Shown: in pieces, positions 25,155-38,900 of the stretch
How positions within the stretch are numbered: position 1 is the first letter of the stretch
Layout: every line of letters begins with the position of its first letter
Assembly: GCA_964016885.1 (NCBI GenBank)
Contig: OZ024741.1
Span: 380,618,001-380,682,000, forward strand
Length of the DNA: 64,000 nucleotides
Direction of reading: 5' to 3'
From: Eledone cirrhosa
Lineage: Eukaryota
Notes under the pieces: generated by a model
What the model saw: the letters and a program-made list of their open reading frames with translations, nothing else
Databases searched by the model: none
What the model was told of the DNA's origin: nothing
Made by a program: the position numbers and the translations under genes

Positions 25155-26699
25155 TATATATAATATTATTATATTTGTTTGTATGGACCTGTAGCAGCTC
25201 ATGGATCCCAAGTTTGAACACAATTGTTTTCTTCGAGCGAAGGAGAGTAAGTGAATGAGAGAATGAGTTTATAGAGAAGAAATCAACTGAAATACTAAAT
25301 TGGTATCATTGTCATTGACCTCAAAAGTATGAAAGGCAAATTTAACCTTGGCAGATTTTGAATTGTGCCAATTCACTGCATTATATAAGAATCATTTATC
25401 AGTGTATATTATTATATAAGAGTTATATTAGTGTATATCATTCCTTTACTGATTTCAGTTATTAGACTGCGACAATACTAAAGCCTCACCGAAGGTTTAG
25501 CTGATCATATAAACCAGTACATATTGTTTTCATGTCTAATACTTATTTTACCAATGTCATTTTTGTTGAAAGCTAAATTAAGAGACAGATGCAGGTGTAA
25601 ATGTAAACACATACACAAGCATGCATACCCACATATCTGTACATGATGGGCTTTTGAATCTTCCATCCACCAAATTCCACTCACATATCATTAATCAACC
25701 CATGTTTATAGTAGAATAGATTTGACTAAATTGCCACACAGTCGTATTGAACTCAGTACAATGTGTTTGTGAAGCAAGCTTCTTAACCATGGATTGAAGA
25801 AAAGGAATTTGTTTTTATTGGATTTTTTGTTGCTGATACTTTCTGCTGGTGACACTCCTGGCAGATAGTGGCAAATATTGAACTCAGAATGGACAGATCC
25901 AGATCATACACAGATAACTCCAATAGTTCACTACCCCTGGACTGGTACATTTTTTATTGACCTCAAAATGATGATAAGCAAAGTTAACCAAGGTGAGATT
26001 TGAACTCAGATTGAAATGAGCTGGAAACAATATCAATGCATATAATCCAAAGCAATAATGACTCTGCCAATGTATATTGTTATTAAAACTAAATAAAACT
26101 TTTGATTAACATACAAGTTTTTATTATTACAGCCAAAACTCAGAAATCAAAACTATAATCACAGTATCGTTATCTCCAGAGGGAAGGTTTCCTTTCTTAC
26201 ACTCCTATTGAATAACAATACCACTTTTATTTACTTTTGCATTTATTATTATCTATATTATTTGCTTTCATTCTTTTGCTTCATGTTCTTCAGTTATCTT
26301 TGTCTTTATTTCACTATATTCTTTATAATCTTTGCCATCAAATACACATTGTCCTCTCTATATATGTATCTATTATTGTAAGCTTACAAGAATTTTGATA
26401 TGAAATCTGTTATTATTCATCTGTCAAATTTCTCTACGTCAACATCCAACAAAATTGATATGCAAAGATTTCTAATTTAGATTTTATTTTGATAAACAGA
26501 ATGCTGCAAATTTGAAATTTTGTTTCTCTTTTTGTTTCCTCTTCTACATTAATCAGTTACATTATACAGTAAGAAATTGATAGAACTTATTCAGTCCTCA
26601 ATTATTTCTTCTTCTTTCATAGGTGTGACATTTGTGTTACAAATTAATAGCTATATATATATACAGTCATAAATGCATCTATATATATGCACATTGACA

Positions 26700-26884
26700 T
26701 TGCTTCATTTCTCTAGCAGCCGTCGCATATCCTCTGCAGTTGTTGCCCATGTCTTACTACCATGCAGCACCACGCATCTCACACAGTCATCATATAACCT
26801 ACCTTTCGTTCATAGTGAGAAACCCTTCATTGTCAACAGAGGAAGCAGCTCCCTATATTTCTTCCATCCTGTTCTTATACTAGA
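26700..26884 (-). mobile_element. RTE LINE fragment adjoining the Helitron 3' end
   Basis: Minus-strand translation IRTGWKKYRELLPLL...KGRLYDDCVR...LHGSKTW. Confidence 0.7.
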
Positions 26885-29800
26885 CTAGCATTGAAGCCCG
26901 GTGTTGCTCGGGGTCAGTAAGTTACCAAGGTTAGATTGCACCACCCATTTTATGGCAGCACTTTTTTGTCTGCCAGGCACTGGGTGAATGAATTGCAGAC
27001 CTGGACTGCCGAAGCAGGAGCTGCGCCGGCAGTGACAATTGTAGCTTCGCCTATGGATATTATCTCTGTGCAAAAAAGTGTTGACATTTATTGTTTCACA
27101 GTACTTGCGCAACACGTGCGTAGACGATGCCAGCCGAACAACAGAGCTGCGATGGAGTTGTTCTGCATGATATGTTTTAATGGGGGAGGGGGTGGAATGA
27201 GGGAACCGCAAACAGGGGCCTGAAAACATTGTCGAATTATGACAACCAAAAAAGAGGAAGAGGGTCATTGTATGGTTGGTGCATCATGTACGTCGGACAT
27301 AGAAGATGAGCCTGCTGCTGTGCCGATTGAGGGAGGGAAATAGAGCTGAGCAGAGGCCAGGTGTTGGTGAAGTGTAAAGTAATTGCAGGGAACCGCCTAA
27401 AAATGTAAATCCCGTCATTAAAGCATTGTTCACCCTTTGAGAGTCGTACGGAGGTGAAATACTAACCTGTCCACGGTCCTCCGAGGCCCACCAAACGGGG
27501 GTTGGTGAGGAGCAGCAACAGCTGATATTTGAGTAGGGTCGGAGTTGCAATGAAGCTTTGTAATGCCGCAAGAATCAGCCTTTGTACGGCCGATGGTGGG
27601 GAGTGTCCAGTGCACTGCAGTGAAGGTTAACCTACTTAGAAAGGACTTACGAAAAGGCAAAAAATAAAAAAATAAAAAAGTTATAAAATTAGGAATCAAG
27701 GTAATCCTATAAAACCTTGTACACAATGTTTTTTGTTTTTCCTTGCGGACCGAACGCGAAATCATCACTTTTGCTGCCGACATGCGAGCAGCCAACGTAA
27801 AGCTGACCATGAGAGAAACACGGCTCCCCCAAATGTATTCGCGCGACAGACAGTGTTTGCCTCTGCGCTTTGTTAATTGACATTGCGAAGCATGGCCTGA
27901 CCGGGAACTTGCACCTCCGAAATGTGAATGGTAGGTGTGCTCCTGATGGGAAAAGATGCATCCTCAGTATAAGCACAACCATGCCCTGACCGCACCCTGT
28001 GATTATTGTGGCCTCAATCAGATTGGGAGCTAAGGACTTAATGACCAAACGTGTGCCATTACATTGTTTCAGCGGACCCAAATTTCGAATGAGCATTATA
28101 GGTGCACCAACTTTAAGTTTCAAAATGTGTGGGGGTAATCCGGGGGGGGGGGGGGGGGGGCTCAAAGGAATTTCGTACCTCTATTGGATAGTTGATGACG
28201 TCCTCGAGGTCAGGAGTTCTATCGATAGAATTATATACGTAGCCATCCTCAGAAATGAGTTTTAGCATTTGATCATTAATATGGTTAACGGTTTTATTCC
28301 TCGGGGCCAGAATAGCCATTTGGGCAAGCCAATCCATATTCTGATAATTTGCTTGGAGATCTGGGAACACTGCATCCCTGAGATCAGAAGGCGTACTAAC
28401 AACGGTACAAAGTGAGTCGATGGCAATATTACCCTTTTCATCCCCGGGCGTTTTGCCTTCGCCAAGTGCAAGCAGGGTGTGAGAAAATGCTGCTGATGTG
28501 ATATCACCTCGCATATGAGCACGCATGTTAGTGTGAAGTGTCAGAGTCTTCACCAGGGGCCACAATGCGGATGACTTAAGACACGCACGTACTGCATCAG
28601 CTCTAGTCTCCTTGGGAATAACGGGAAGCGTTTGCCTGAAGTCCCCTGAAAGAAGAAGTGTTATGCCTCCCATGGAAGCCGTAGAGTCTTTGATGTCTCT
28701 CAGAGTTCTATCTAGCGTCTCAAGTGCACCTCTGTGGGCCATCGTGCATTCGTCCCAAACGATAAGCTTGCATCGTCTGAACACTTCTGCCTGATCGGAG
28801 CTCTTACTGATGTTGCAAGTGGGTGTCTCAGTCTTTGCTAAGTCAAGCGGGAGCTTGAAATAGGAGTGAGCTGTCCTGCCGCCCGGCAACAAATGACCCG
28901 AAATTCCAGATGATGCCACAGCTAAGGCAATGCCTTCTGTTCGCCTAATCTCAGCTAATATTAATTTGGTGACAAAAGTTTTCCCAGTCCTCCCAGGAGA
29001 GTCCAGGAAAAAAATCCCCCCAGCTTTGCCTCGGACAGGATTAACAACGGAGTTGTAAGCGAATTTATGTTCTGGAAGGAGCTTTGGCTCATTCTCCGCT
29101 ATGCACTGGGGAAGCTCGTCAACATTATAAGATGTCTCACGCAGCAAATCTGAAGAAAGAGTGTTTGCGCCTTCCCGGTTTGTTGAAGGTAGGCCATACA
29201 CCGCCAACGCACTACCGCCCATATCGAGAACAGTATCTTCGATTTCAAGCAGCGCCCTGTTGTAAATGAGGTCACTGTACCCGACCTCCATCGATGGGTT
29301 TAGCAACTGAGCTTGACGCAGAAAATCTTCAGACATGTAATCTTTGTTGCTAAGCCATAAAGAGGCCGGATCACCAAAGTCGCACCATAGGATTAGAATA
29401 GCGAACAGCGATCTTAGTCTTTTAGGAGATTTCAACAAAGCGCCCTCTTCCATAGTGGCGCCCCATTGTGAATCATCCTCCAAAAGTATCACATAATTCA
29501 CCGTCAACAGTTCTTATGTCTCGAAAGTTTTGTGGGCCAAAAAGCTCATGGAGGAAAAGGCGCAGGTGAAAACACTCATGCTGGTTGGGAGGTACAGTGT
29601 AAACTCTTCCTAGACAACTGTCATACTTGACACCAGGATGTCCTTCAATATCCTGACCTGACTTCCTACGCACCCAAGTGTTGTTTGACCACACGTAGTA
29701 GGACGGGATCTGAGGATATGAAAGTGTTTTTGCAAATGTGTCAAGTTGGCAAAGCGTAAAAAAAACAGTCAAAGTTGTTTCTTTTGGATTGGCCGCCAAA

Positions 29801-30564
29801 TGAGCAGCAGTCTGTTCAGTAAAGTAAGCCCGCTGGCCGTTTTACAAATGAACCGCTAGTTGTATGATGGCGGGGTGCCTTTGCTGAAGTGGAAACCCGA
29901 ATATCCGCCAAAAAGCTTCACCACTGCTGATATATCGACCTGCCAAGTACTCAGAGACTTCGTCCCTGCTATTGTCGTTTTGAAGGCCGAACATGGCAAC
30001 ATCGGAACCCTTGTTAACATATTTACATATGTACTTTATCGACTTCACTGAATGACAGAACTCCAAATTTATATGAGCGTTGAAAGTTTTCATCAGAAAT
30101 GGACAGTACGGGACCACCCACCTATTATCAACTTGATGACCCCGTAACGTCATAGTGAATCCGCCGTTCTCAGGCGGCCTTCGTCTGTACAGTGGGTATC
30201 CGTCGCCGCCGGTCTGGGTCTCCTCAACAAACCTCTTTGGGTATCGTTTAGTGCACACATGGTCCTTGTGGCATGAGGAGAACTCTTGAGAACCGGGACC
30301 GCACGGACCGTGCACCATGTGTGCCTTCACAATGTCGTACAGCTGCCGGTCAACAACGGGGTCCGGTATTTCCGCTGCGATGACATCATCTAGAACTGTA
30401 GGGTCTATTTTGGTGACCAACCAAACCAAAATGTGCGAGTGTGGCAACCCTCTCTTCTGCCACTCAACAGTATATATGTGGCACCTAACAGGCCCGAAAA
30501 CCTTCCCTTTTTTTATTAGATCAATTAGCTTACCGAGCTTCTGCCTGAAAACCCTGGCAATAAT

Positions 30565-30743
30565 TGTTTCTACTTTAGGCACAAGGCCAGCAAATACCCA
30601 GTGAATTACTGGTTCTTTATTTTATCGACCCCGTAAGGATGAAAGGCAAAATCAACCTCGGCGAGATTTGAACTCAGATCGTAAAGGGACGTAACTATGC
30701 TGGAAATCATGGCGTCCGACCCTCTACCGATACTGCCAATCCA
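30565..30743 (-). mobile_element. SINE inserted in the Helitron Rep domain
   Basis: 12-bp TSD CCTGGCAATAAT (30553-30564 and 30744-30755); removing it restores RHDIIARVFRQKL. Confidence 0.92.
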
Positions 30744-32139
30744 CCTGGCAATAATATCATGCCGATGGCAGTACTGCTGCCCTGGGATAAGTTCCCGCGT
30801 AACCTCAACCCACTTGGGTTTACACGTAAACGTGATGAATAAATCGGAGCACCCATAATGCCGAACGAACGTCATAGCGTCCTGTGTTCGCTCGTGCATG
30901 TACCCCCCCCCCCCACACACACACACACACACTTACAGGTTGAGGGGAGAATGCACATTTTGCCGATGTTGCGGGGGTCAGTGTCATTCCTGATGCCGTC
31001 ACGCAAATGGATGTAGGAGTCTGAGCGCAGCTGCTTCTGATTCAATTTTATGAAGCACAGTCTCTCTGACTCCATCGTTGTAGCCATGTCAACGGCAAAC
31101 TGGTGAAAAAGTTCCCGTGACCTGTGCAGTGTGCTGAAATCGTTAGGCCTCGTCATGAAGCGGTATGAGTATAAAGCCATGCATGAAACAGTTTTAGATG
31201 TCGCCACAGTGGGATCGTTTGGTTTGCGATGAGGAATGCCGAAATGATATCCGTCTTCTCCGTATGCAAAAAGAAGGGGATACTGCAGGGCGTCGTATAA
31301 ACAATGCGTCTCATTAATATGTCGAAGACCACTGTCACGACTTTGAAGAACTATGTCTCGCTTATTGTGCTGTTCACCATGGATAACTACGCCCACTTCA
31401 TTGCACGAAGGAGCGTTATAACGGCGTGCGTGCTCCCCAGAAGGTCTTTTGTCAGCATCGATGACAATGGTGAAGTTTGGTGAAGGGTTTGTTTCCAATG
31501 CGTATTTGAAACTGCGAATATAACTGTAGAGCTCATGAAGCATGTTTTGAAGACCGAGCAGCACGTCCCTTTCAAAAGTGTCAGCATCAGTGTTTGGAGG
31601 TGTTGGAATAACGCCGAACCGCGCATCAACTTGCCTACTGTAGTTAGAAATGAAGTAAATTTGAAGGAACCAAGGCTTGCAATTTTGTAGTGGCTGGAGC
31701 GACCCAATAAGATGGAACCCCTGCCCCTGGACCTTGAAAGTAGGCATCCAACCACTTTCTCTGACAACGTTAACCCCGAAAGAAGTCATTTGAAACGCAA
31801 AATTGTACTTCCTGGTGAGTTGAAGGAATTTGGATGACATTGAGGTAGAACCAGTAAGTAGTTCCTTCAAAGGTTCTGGTGGTTCCCCAAGAGGGGGCAA
31901 GCTGACCTTACCGTTTAAGCAGCACATTGCAGATTGCTCCCCAGCCAACTTTATAGCATTGCAGAATTTGCAATTGAAGTGCATTTCCCCTATATTTATG
32001 TCGGTGCGCATCGAGTAGTTAACGTTGGGCTCATACTTGAAAGCCCGTAGGTGCCAGTATGGGCTGTTGGGGCTCGTCACACCGCGGGAAGCTTCTCGTC
32101 GTCGACTGTTCCGCTCCAACGTAGAATGTTGCTCCTGTG

Positions 32140-32520
32140 GGTCGTGGGAAGCTCTCGCAGCAGTAGCAGAAGCCACACTTGCAATACTAATGGAACGCCC
32201 GTCTGCATATTCAGAAGCCATTGAAGCAGTCATAGCCGCAGCGTTCATAGCAAGGCGATTCGTCCGCCGTTCCAAACATTCCGAAGCCCTGGAAGCAACA
32301 GTAACCGCAGCGTTTCTAGTCAGTCGAGCCGCCCTTTGTTCCGGGCCCTCTGAAACCCTGGAAGCAGCAGTAGCAGCAGCGTTTCTATTCAGGCGAGTCG
32401 ACCATTTTTGCGGGCCCTCTGAAGCCCTGGAAGCAGCAGTAGCAGTAGCGTTTCTAGCAAGGCGAGTCGACCTTTGTTCCGGGCCCTCTGAAGCCCTGGA
32501 AGCCGCAGTAGAAGCTCTGA
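32140..32520 (-). repeat. 69-bp (23-aa) coding tandem repeat in the RepHel N-terminus
   Basis: About 5 units of ASRASEGPEQRSTRLARNATATA with variation. Confidence 0.85.
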
Positions 32521-32908
32521 ATCGCACCGCAGCACGTCTCGAGGCGTCGTATGAAGCCATCTTGGTTTGCGTGCGGTGCGTTGTTGAAAACTTTCAGCAG
32601 CTCTGCATTCCGCTGAACGTAAGGAGCTTTGTGAAAGTCTTAAATCAGTTTCCTCGGAGGACTCGTTTGCTATAATCGCCCTCTGTGCTGCCCCTGACGC
32701 CGTATGGCGACCGAGGCGACTTCTCTTTGTAGGTGGCATTTTATGTGAAAAAGAAAGGGTGAAAGTTACTTCTACAGCAAAATTGCCTTTGAAAGTATAA
32801 GGCTGAAAACTGTCGGCGTTCCGCAGGGAAAAAAATGGGAGAACGAACGGCAAATAAATAACTCAGTTTGTTGTAAGCGCGCTTCTGTCAGCAAGTTGAA
32901 GTTGTTTG

Positions 32909-33635
32909 GCCAAAAATCCCTATGTGTTTTTTTTTTTCACTCAATAAACGTGCAAATATGTTATACACAAAATGTAATTGTGTGTGAGTTGGGTGAGAGA
33001 TGTTTTAAAAAAGATTTGTCACTATTTTTCTAGTTGTTGAATAAATTTTATCTGTTGCTTTTGAATAATTGTAGTTTGGTATGAAATGTAGCAGGATGTA
33101 TTTTTTTCAGATTTTTAAGTGGAGTTGAGGAGGAAAACAGATTGTATTAGAGGGGTAAAGCGTCATGTATTTAACGTTTGTTGATAGATGTTTTAAAGAA
33201 CTTCCACGTTGCCAAAAATCACTATGTGTTTTTTTTTTCACTCAATAAACGTTTGAATATGTTATACACAAAATGTAATTGGGTGTGAGTTGGATGAGAG
33301 ATGTTTTAAAAAACATTAGTCGCTATTTTTTTTTTGTTGTTGAATAAATGTTGTTTGGTATGATGTAGCAGGATGTATTTTTTTTTCAGATTTTTAAGGG
33401 GAGTAGAGAGAGGTAATCAGATTGTATTTAACGTCATGTATTTAACGTTTGTCTCTGTCTCTCACTCTCTGGCTCACTCCTTTATTTCTTCTCTCTCTCT
33501 CTAAAGGAAATTAGTAAGGAGTGGGTTTATAAGCGTATATAAGAGAAGGTTGCAGCATGTATTTTTTTTTTCGATTTTTAAGGGGAGTAGAGAGAGGAAA
33601 TCAGATTCTATTAGAGGGTAAAACGTCATGTATTT
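32909..33635. repeat. ~300-bp tandem duplication in the Helitron 5' non-coding region
   Basis: GCCAAAAATC.CTATGTG...CACTCAATAAACGT...GTCATGTATTTAA units start at ~32909 and ~33211; partial third unit at ~33557. Confidence 0.8.
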
Positions 33636-33778
33636 AATTTTATCGATTATTTCCGTAATTGTGGGTGATTTTGAAAGAGAGAAATAGTTGGTGACCTCAT
33701 TTAAGACCATTTACAACATTCTTACAGACTTTGAGTCGAATCGGTTTGAAATTGTGCAAATGTATAAGCATGGAACAT

Positions 33779-33846
<68 letters not shown>

Positions 33847-33944
33847 CAACAACAATCTGCCTTTTATAGATAATGATGATACTATGTCCTGTGTGTTTAT
33901 ACATATACATACATAAATATATACTTTACTTTTGTATTTGTTTT

Positions 33945-35060
33945 TCAACACGTGTTGAAAAATATATTGATATACGTTTGTAGGGTCATATTGGCAATAA
34001 AAACACAGACACCTGTTGGTTTTCACTCCATTTTATTACAAATTTCTAGTTGGTTGGTTTAGTAACTGGATGGTTGTTTATTTATAGTCAAAGCTTTTTT
34101 TGTCACACATTTGTGACCTCCTCGCTGACTGATTTGTTATCATGTGCAGACATATCAGGTAGACCGCTGTTTTCCGTATTTTGTCACCATGTTGATGTGA
34201 TGCTGGACTGACCTCTCCAAAGCGCAGGCTTGGCAAGTTTTTATGGGAAATCAGCAGTTGTCTATGCAGCATGTCCCCCTCTCCATGCCATCGGTATTAT
34301 CCATGTTAGATCATTACTCAACAGAGTACTCGATGCTTAGGGTAGTAGAGTATGGTTATATTATAAAGAGTTGGGACCCCGACAGCTGAGCTCTTGCCAT
34401 ATATACACCAACTTCTACAGAAAAACCACCAGTGGAGACCTGTTTGTGCATCATACATCAACCCTCCCTCTTGGTTCTAAAACCGGATACATAAGAAGTG
34501 AAGTTATGTGTATTCAGAGAAAATACAGCAAGACAGAGGGCCAGATCATTCACACTGCATACTTCATGGATGTACTGAAAATGAAAGGATACCTAGCATC
34601 CACAGTGAAATTTCTTAGGAATCAAAGGCACCGTGGACATAAGAACTCTTCCAGCACCTGCTTTGTGAACATAGCACACTTCATCGAAAACATATCCACA
34701 GCAATCTGCAGAAACATCTGCAAGGTAAGATTGGACATATATTTAGCTCACTCCGGCCTTTCACTGTGAGGACACCTATCTAACCAGCTATCTAGTGACA
34801 ACAGCAACCAGTTCACGCTGAGTAACTGCACTATCTGTGATACAAGTATGTGCCAGCAGACACATGTGATATACCAGATTGAATACAATGAATGTAAGGA
34901 GTTCTGCATTGGTAGTATGATTCGACTAATACACACCTGCATTAAAAAACACTTCAACATACATGCAACCCCATTAAGAAAAAACAAATTAAAAATGCAA
35001 AAACACCAACAGAAACATAACAGTGAATATTTAAGTCTGAGAGAGAAATGTGGACATGTT
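33945..35060 (+). mobile_element. 5'-truncated PLE with inverted 5' pLTR (degenerate HHR at 34086-34130, minus)
   Basis: YTNFYRKTTSGDLFVHHTSTLPLGSK (PLE YRKPT..H.S.HP region) and CTICDTSMCQQTHVIYQIEYNECKEFCIGS (degenerate GIY-YIG). Upstream DNA matches 2110-2330. Confidence 0.75.
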
Positions 35061-35719
35061 ATAAATAATGGAAACACTGCTTATATGTAGACTCAATCCA
35101 CAAATCAAGAATAGAACTCAACACACGATACGTGACACAAAAGGATACACCTACATGTACACACACACAACCTAAATTTACACAAGAAATTTGGTTCCAT
35201 AAGATAATACATATGGAAACTGATGTCATCCTCCTTCTTCGCATGGATACTACAGCAAATGTCAAACACAACGCTTGAAACCGGTTGCTAAATTTTAAAT
35301 TTAAACCTAACTTCAAAGTGATAAGAGACTGGAACATTTTGCTCTGAGAGCAAATATTGAAACAAAAGAAAAAAAGATAATAATAATAAATACCAGGTAA
35401 CAAACTTTTTCCATTGCCTTCATTTCACATTATCTTAGCCTTCTTAAACATATCATTTTCTATATTATATATATACACCAACCTATGCATATACACACAT
35501 ACATACATGGATATGCACTGTGCTAGATATAGGTTTATGGAACTAGGTGTATCGTTAGGCTGAGGGCCACAAAGAGTTCCATCAGAGACATACAAGGTGA
35601 TCTTTTGATTTTTAACTTACGTCTTGGATATACACGATCATCTCCAAATATAATGCAATAAACATTCATCTTCAATGCCTTAAAACGTCCATAGGCCTCT
35701 TGACATTGTATCTTTTTAA

Positions 35720-35915
35720 TTATTTACGTCCTGTAACAATTAAATCAGAGACTTCTGGTGTCCTTGGTTTGAGGACTCAATCACTACTCACCCCCATCAG
35801 TACAGAGTTGTCTACTCACAGGTGTGATCCTCGTGAGATGGAATGCCTCTTCCAGCGCATCTCCTTCCTCACCATCCTCCAGGGAAAAACTTTCTTTATT
35901 CTGTCCGCCTGGGCT
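35720..35915 (+). mobile_element. 3' remnant of an RLE-type (CRE-like) non-LTR retrotransposon
   Basis: ETSGVLG...CDPREMECLFQRIS...ILQGK resembles the ETxG...GDPRE..FLxQRxS.AIQRGN C-terminus of CRE-type elements. Confidence 0.5.
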
Positions 35916-38900
35916 GTGAGGCGACCAGCACATGGGCCCCCATTTGCTTATAATAGGGAGAAGTGGGGAGAGATGGAGGCACCGATAGTGGGAGTTTCGT
36001 TCCATTGTGTTTGGACCTGGTGTAAATATTTATTTACCACACCACATATACAACTCTCATGCAAAATTGTGTACAGTAGCATTACTATTGGATAGAATAT
36101 TGTGACAATTTGCAACATTTGCATAATGACTTTAATTTGTAATGTGAGTAAGTTATTGTACTGTTATTTACTTTTCAAGAATGTCTTGATAATGCTGTTT
36201 CATGTGGTGCAGGACAGTAAAATAAATATTCATAAGATTCTTGCTTTTGATGAAGATCCAATCCAGCAGACCCTCCCATTATCTGCATGCATCTGTGTGC
36301 GTATGTTCACAGCTTCACAACCTATAATCTCATGTATCTACAAATATCTGTACATAGAAGCTGCCAAAATTCCAACAGTCTCTTCACTGAGTTGCTGATA
36401 TTTTGACCAGTGGCTTTAGATAAACAATTTAGAACTCAGCAAAAAATATTAGCAACCCTTCAAAAGTGTTAGCAATATTAGCATATCAAATTTACTGAGA
36501 ACTGCATCTATTATCAAATACCTTTATATTTTAATAACTGTACTTTTGAATACACTTGTCATATTTAAATATAAACATAGATACTGAAATGTCAATTGAT
36601 TATATCTGCCTTATTGTGATGAATATATTTGAAGTTATTTCTTTTTACATAAATTGTAAGTAGATCAGCAATATCATGATGAAGGCTGGTATTACACCAA
36701 AACTTTCTGAATTTGCTCATAAACTTCTATGGCTGCAAGTGAGAATTTATATTCAAAATACTAACAAAGATCTGTTGGGCAGAAAGCCAGGAGATACCAT
36801 TGAACAACCAATTGACTTTGCAATACAATTCATTTCTCTCCTAGTATAAATTTTGCAATACAGCTGGGTGAAAACAATGATATTACCGATTGTACTTTCA
36901 GTTATGTCAGATACTAGTGGCAAAATGATATGCTGGGAGATTTGCTGTGTTAAATTTGATTGTATTTAAAACTGGCACAAATATATGTTTGCTTCAAAAA
37001 AGGTGTCTTGGGCTTGGTTTCAGAAGATTCTAAGACTTAAAAGTGATCGCTTAATCATTTTCGAAATGATGCTTATGTTTCCAACATTGTTACAAACACA
37101 CTGCTGAAAATTTTCTCAATGAAGATATTTTAAAAGAATTAAAATCTGAAATATTGTCCCATTTTATGTTTCTATCCCGAGGCTTTAATAACAATTTTCC
37201 AGTTCAGAAATTTACAACAGTGAGGAAAAGCCTATGGATAAAAAAATGTTTGATTTTCAGTGACCTGAATCAATAATTGATTTAAACTTTGATCTGACGA
37301 GGAGGCTAAATAGCAGTGTTTTAGTAGTTCCTCCACACTGAAGAATGATTTAGAGCAATAGAATTTCTCACCATTTTGCAATAAGGTTAAATGCGAATTT
37401 GCACTTTTAAGTAAAAAGGCAATCTCGGTAATAATGCTGTTTACTACTACTATGCCTATTTACTCATACTAACTAAGTTACTGCACATTGATAGTTTCTA
37501 TTGTAGCCACTGTCAAATCTATTTGGTAATGTTGTCCCTTGGACAGCACGTTCAAATTTAGCATTGTCATTTGGTATTCCAAGTTATGCTTGACAAAAGA
37601 ATTCTAAGAATTGCTCTTTGAATTAACTGTCTTTGAATACAGAATGTCATTTCTCCTGACATACCTTGTCTTTCCATTCTTTAGGTTTATATTTTATTTA
37701 ATGATGGCTACTAACAAAAAAGAAAAGTCATTAATTTTTATCCTAACACTACACATGATGATTCCTCATGTTCCTATGTCAAAAAAATATTTAGTCATTG
37801 TTGGACCTTCAATGGTTACAGCGATGTATACTCCAGTTGTTAAACGGGACATCCTGCTCGTGAAATCAACGTGCAAGTGGTTCGGCATATTTCAGACACA
37901 TGTACACTTAATGAGGGTTCTTGTTGAGTGTCAGCATAACAGAGTGTGTGTGACAAGACTGGCTTTTTGAAATACAGAAACACCTCTTTATTTGCCTAGA
38001 TATCGAACTGATGTCAACTTTACGTGCCTTCACATATTTAGTAATGATATTGATTTTTCAAGTGAGGACATTTTTAACCCAATATAGTCATGGCAAGTGG
38101 TGCAATAAATATCTATTTTAAGTTGGAATATTTTTTCTGTTCAAACACAATGTCGTGACTATTAATGCAAACTTTGACACTTAGAGGGATAAACCTTTCA
38201 TTATTTCTTTCTGTTAACAGGTTCATTTAAATAAGGACATACCTATATTAATTCTCTCTCTTTCAGTTTACTGAATCCTATAACTAAAATAACATTGAAA
38301 ACTGTGAACAAGAAATAAATAAGCTTGCCTGAATGGATTATTTTTTTAAAAGTCAAGAAGAATTTTCAGAACTTTTTCTTCAGAATTAAAGTAGGAATTT
38401 CAGTGTTTTGATAAAAGTGAGTATTATCTTTACTGAATTAAAAAGGAGGGAAGGAGTATAAAGATAGAAGATAACTGAAAACTATGGAATGCCAATTAAA
38501 TCATAAAATATCTTTTCATTTTCGTTTACTCTATATCCTCATAAATAATTTCTATTGGTGGTGCCCTGATAGAATCTTTCAAAGACATGCATCAATTATA
38601 AAGTGACAAGATTAAAACTAAAAATACACCGTTAATAAAATGCTCACCTTAACAAACTATTCTTTTTCCAAATATGTTTAACAAAATTAAATGGTAACTA
38701 ACGATATAATTTGCTAGGTTTGATAGAATTTATCATTTCTTTAAAATTATCAATCTTCCTGTCTACAAAGAATTCAAATAACTTATTATTTAATGAAGAG
38801 ATTACCTATATATTTAAGGTATGTTCATACCTTGTTATAATGAATACTCACCTTACACAATTATAAATGTGCTTCCAATTGTTGCACTTGGTGGTGAATT

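Larger units (their letters stand above)
27707..32739 (-). pseudogene. Helitron RepHel (Zn finger, HUH Rep, PIF1-like SF1 helicase), disrupted
   Basis: Start MPPTKRSRLGR; CKFC...CC Zn finger; Rep motifs DLFITFTCKPKW, VEWQKRGLPHSH and KYICKYVNKG; helicase motifs [37 protein letters not shown] and [11 protein letters not shown]. Lesions at ~32565, ~30910, the SINE insertion, a stop at 29842, ~29490 and ~28150. Confidence 0.92.
26885..33870 (-). mobile_element. Helitron, apparently full length (~7 kb)
   Basis: 5' end A|TCTATAAAAGGCAG at 33870; 3' hairpin CCCGAGCAACACCGGG then TGCTAG|T at 26885; RepHel coding region inside; no TSD, as expected for Helitrons. Confidence 0.9.

Noticed and set aside
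30903-30937. Intron in RepHel (GTAAGT on the minus strand)
   Set aside because: No AG acceptor before the frame resumes; it is a microsatellite/homopolymer expansion.
32025-32675. 216-aa Ala/Glu-rich plus-strand ORF
   Set aside because: Antisense shadow of the RepHel repeat region.
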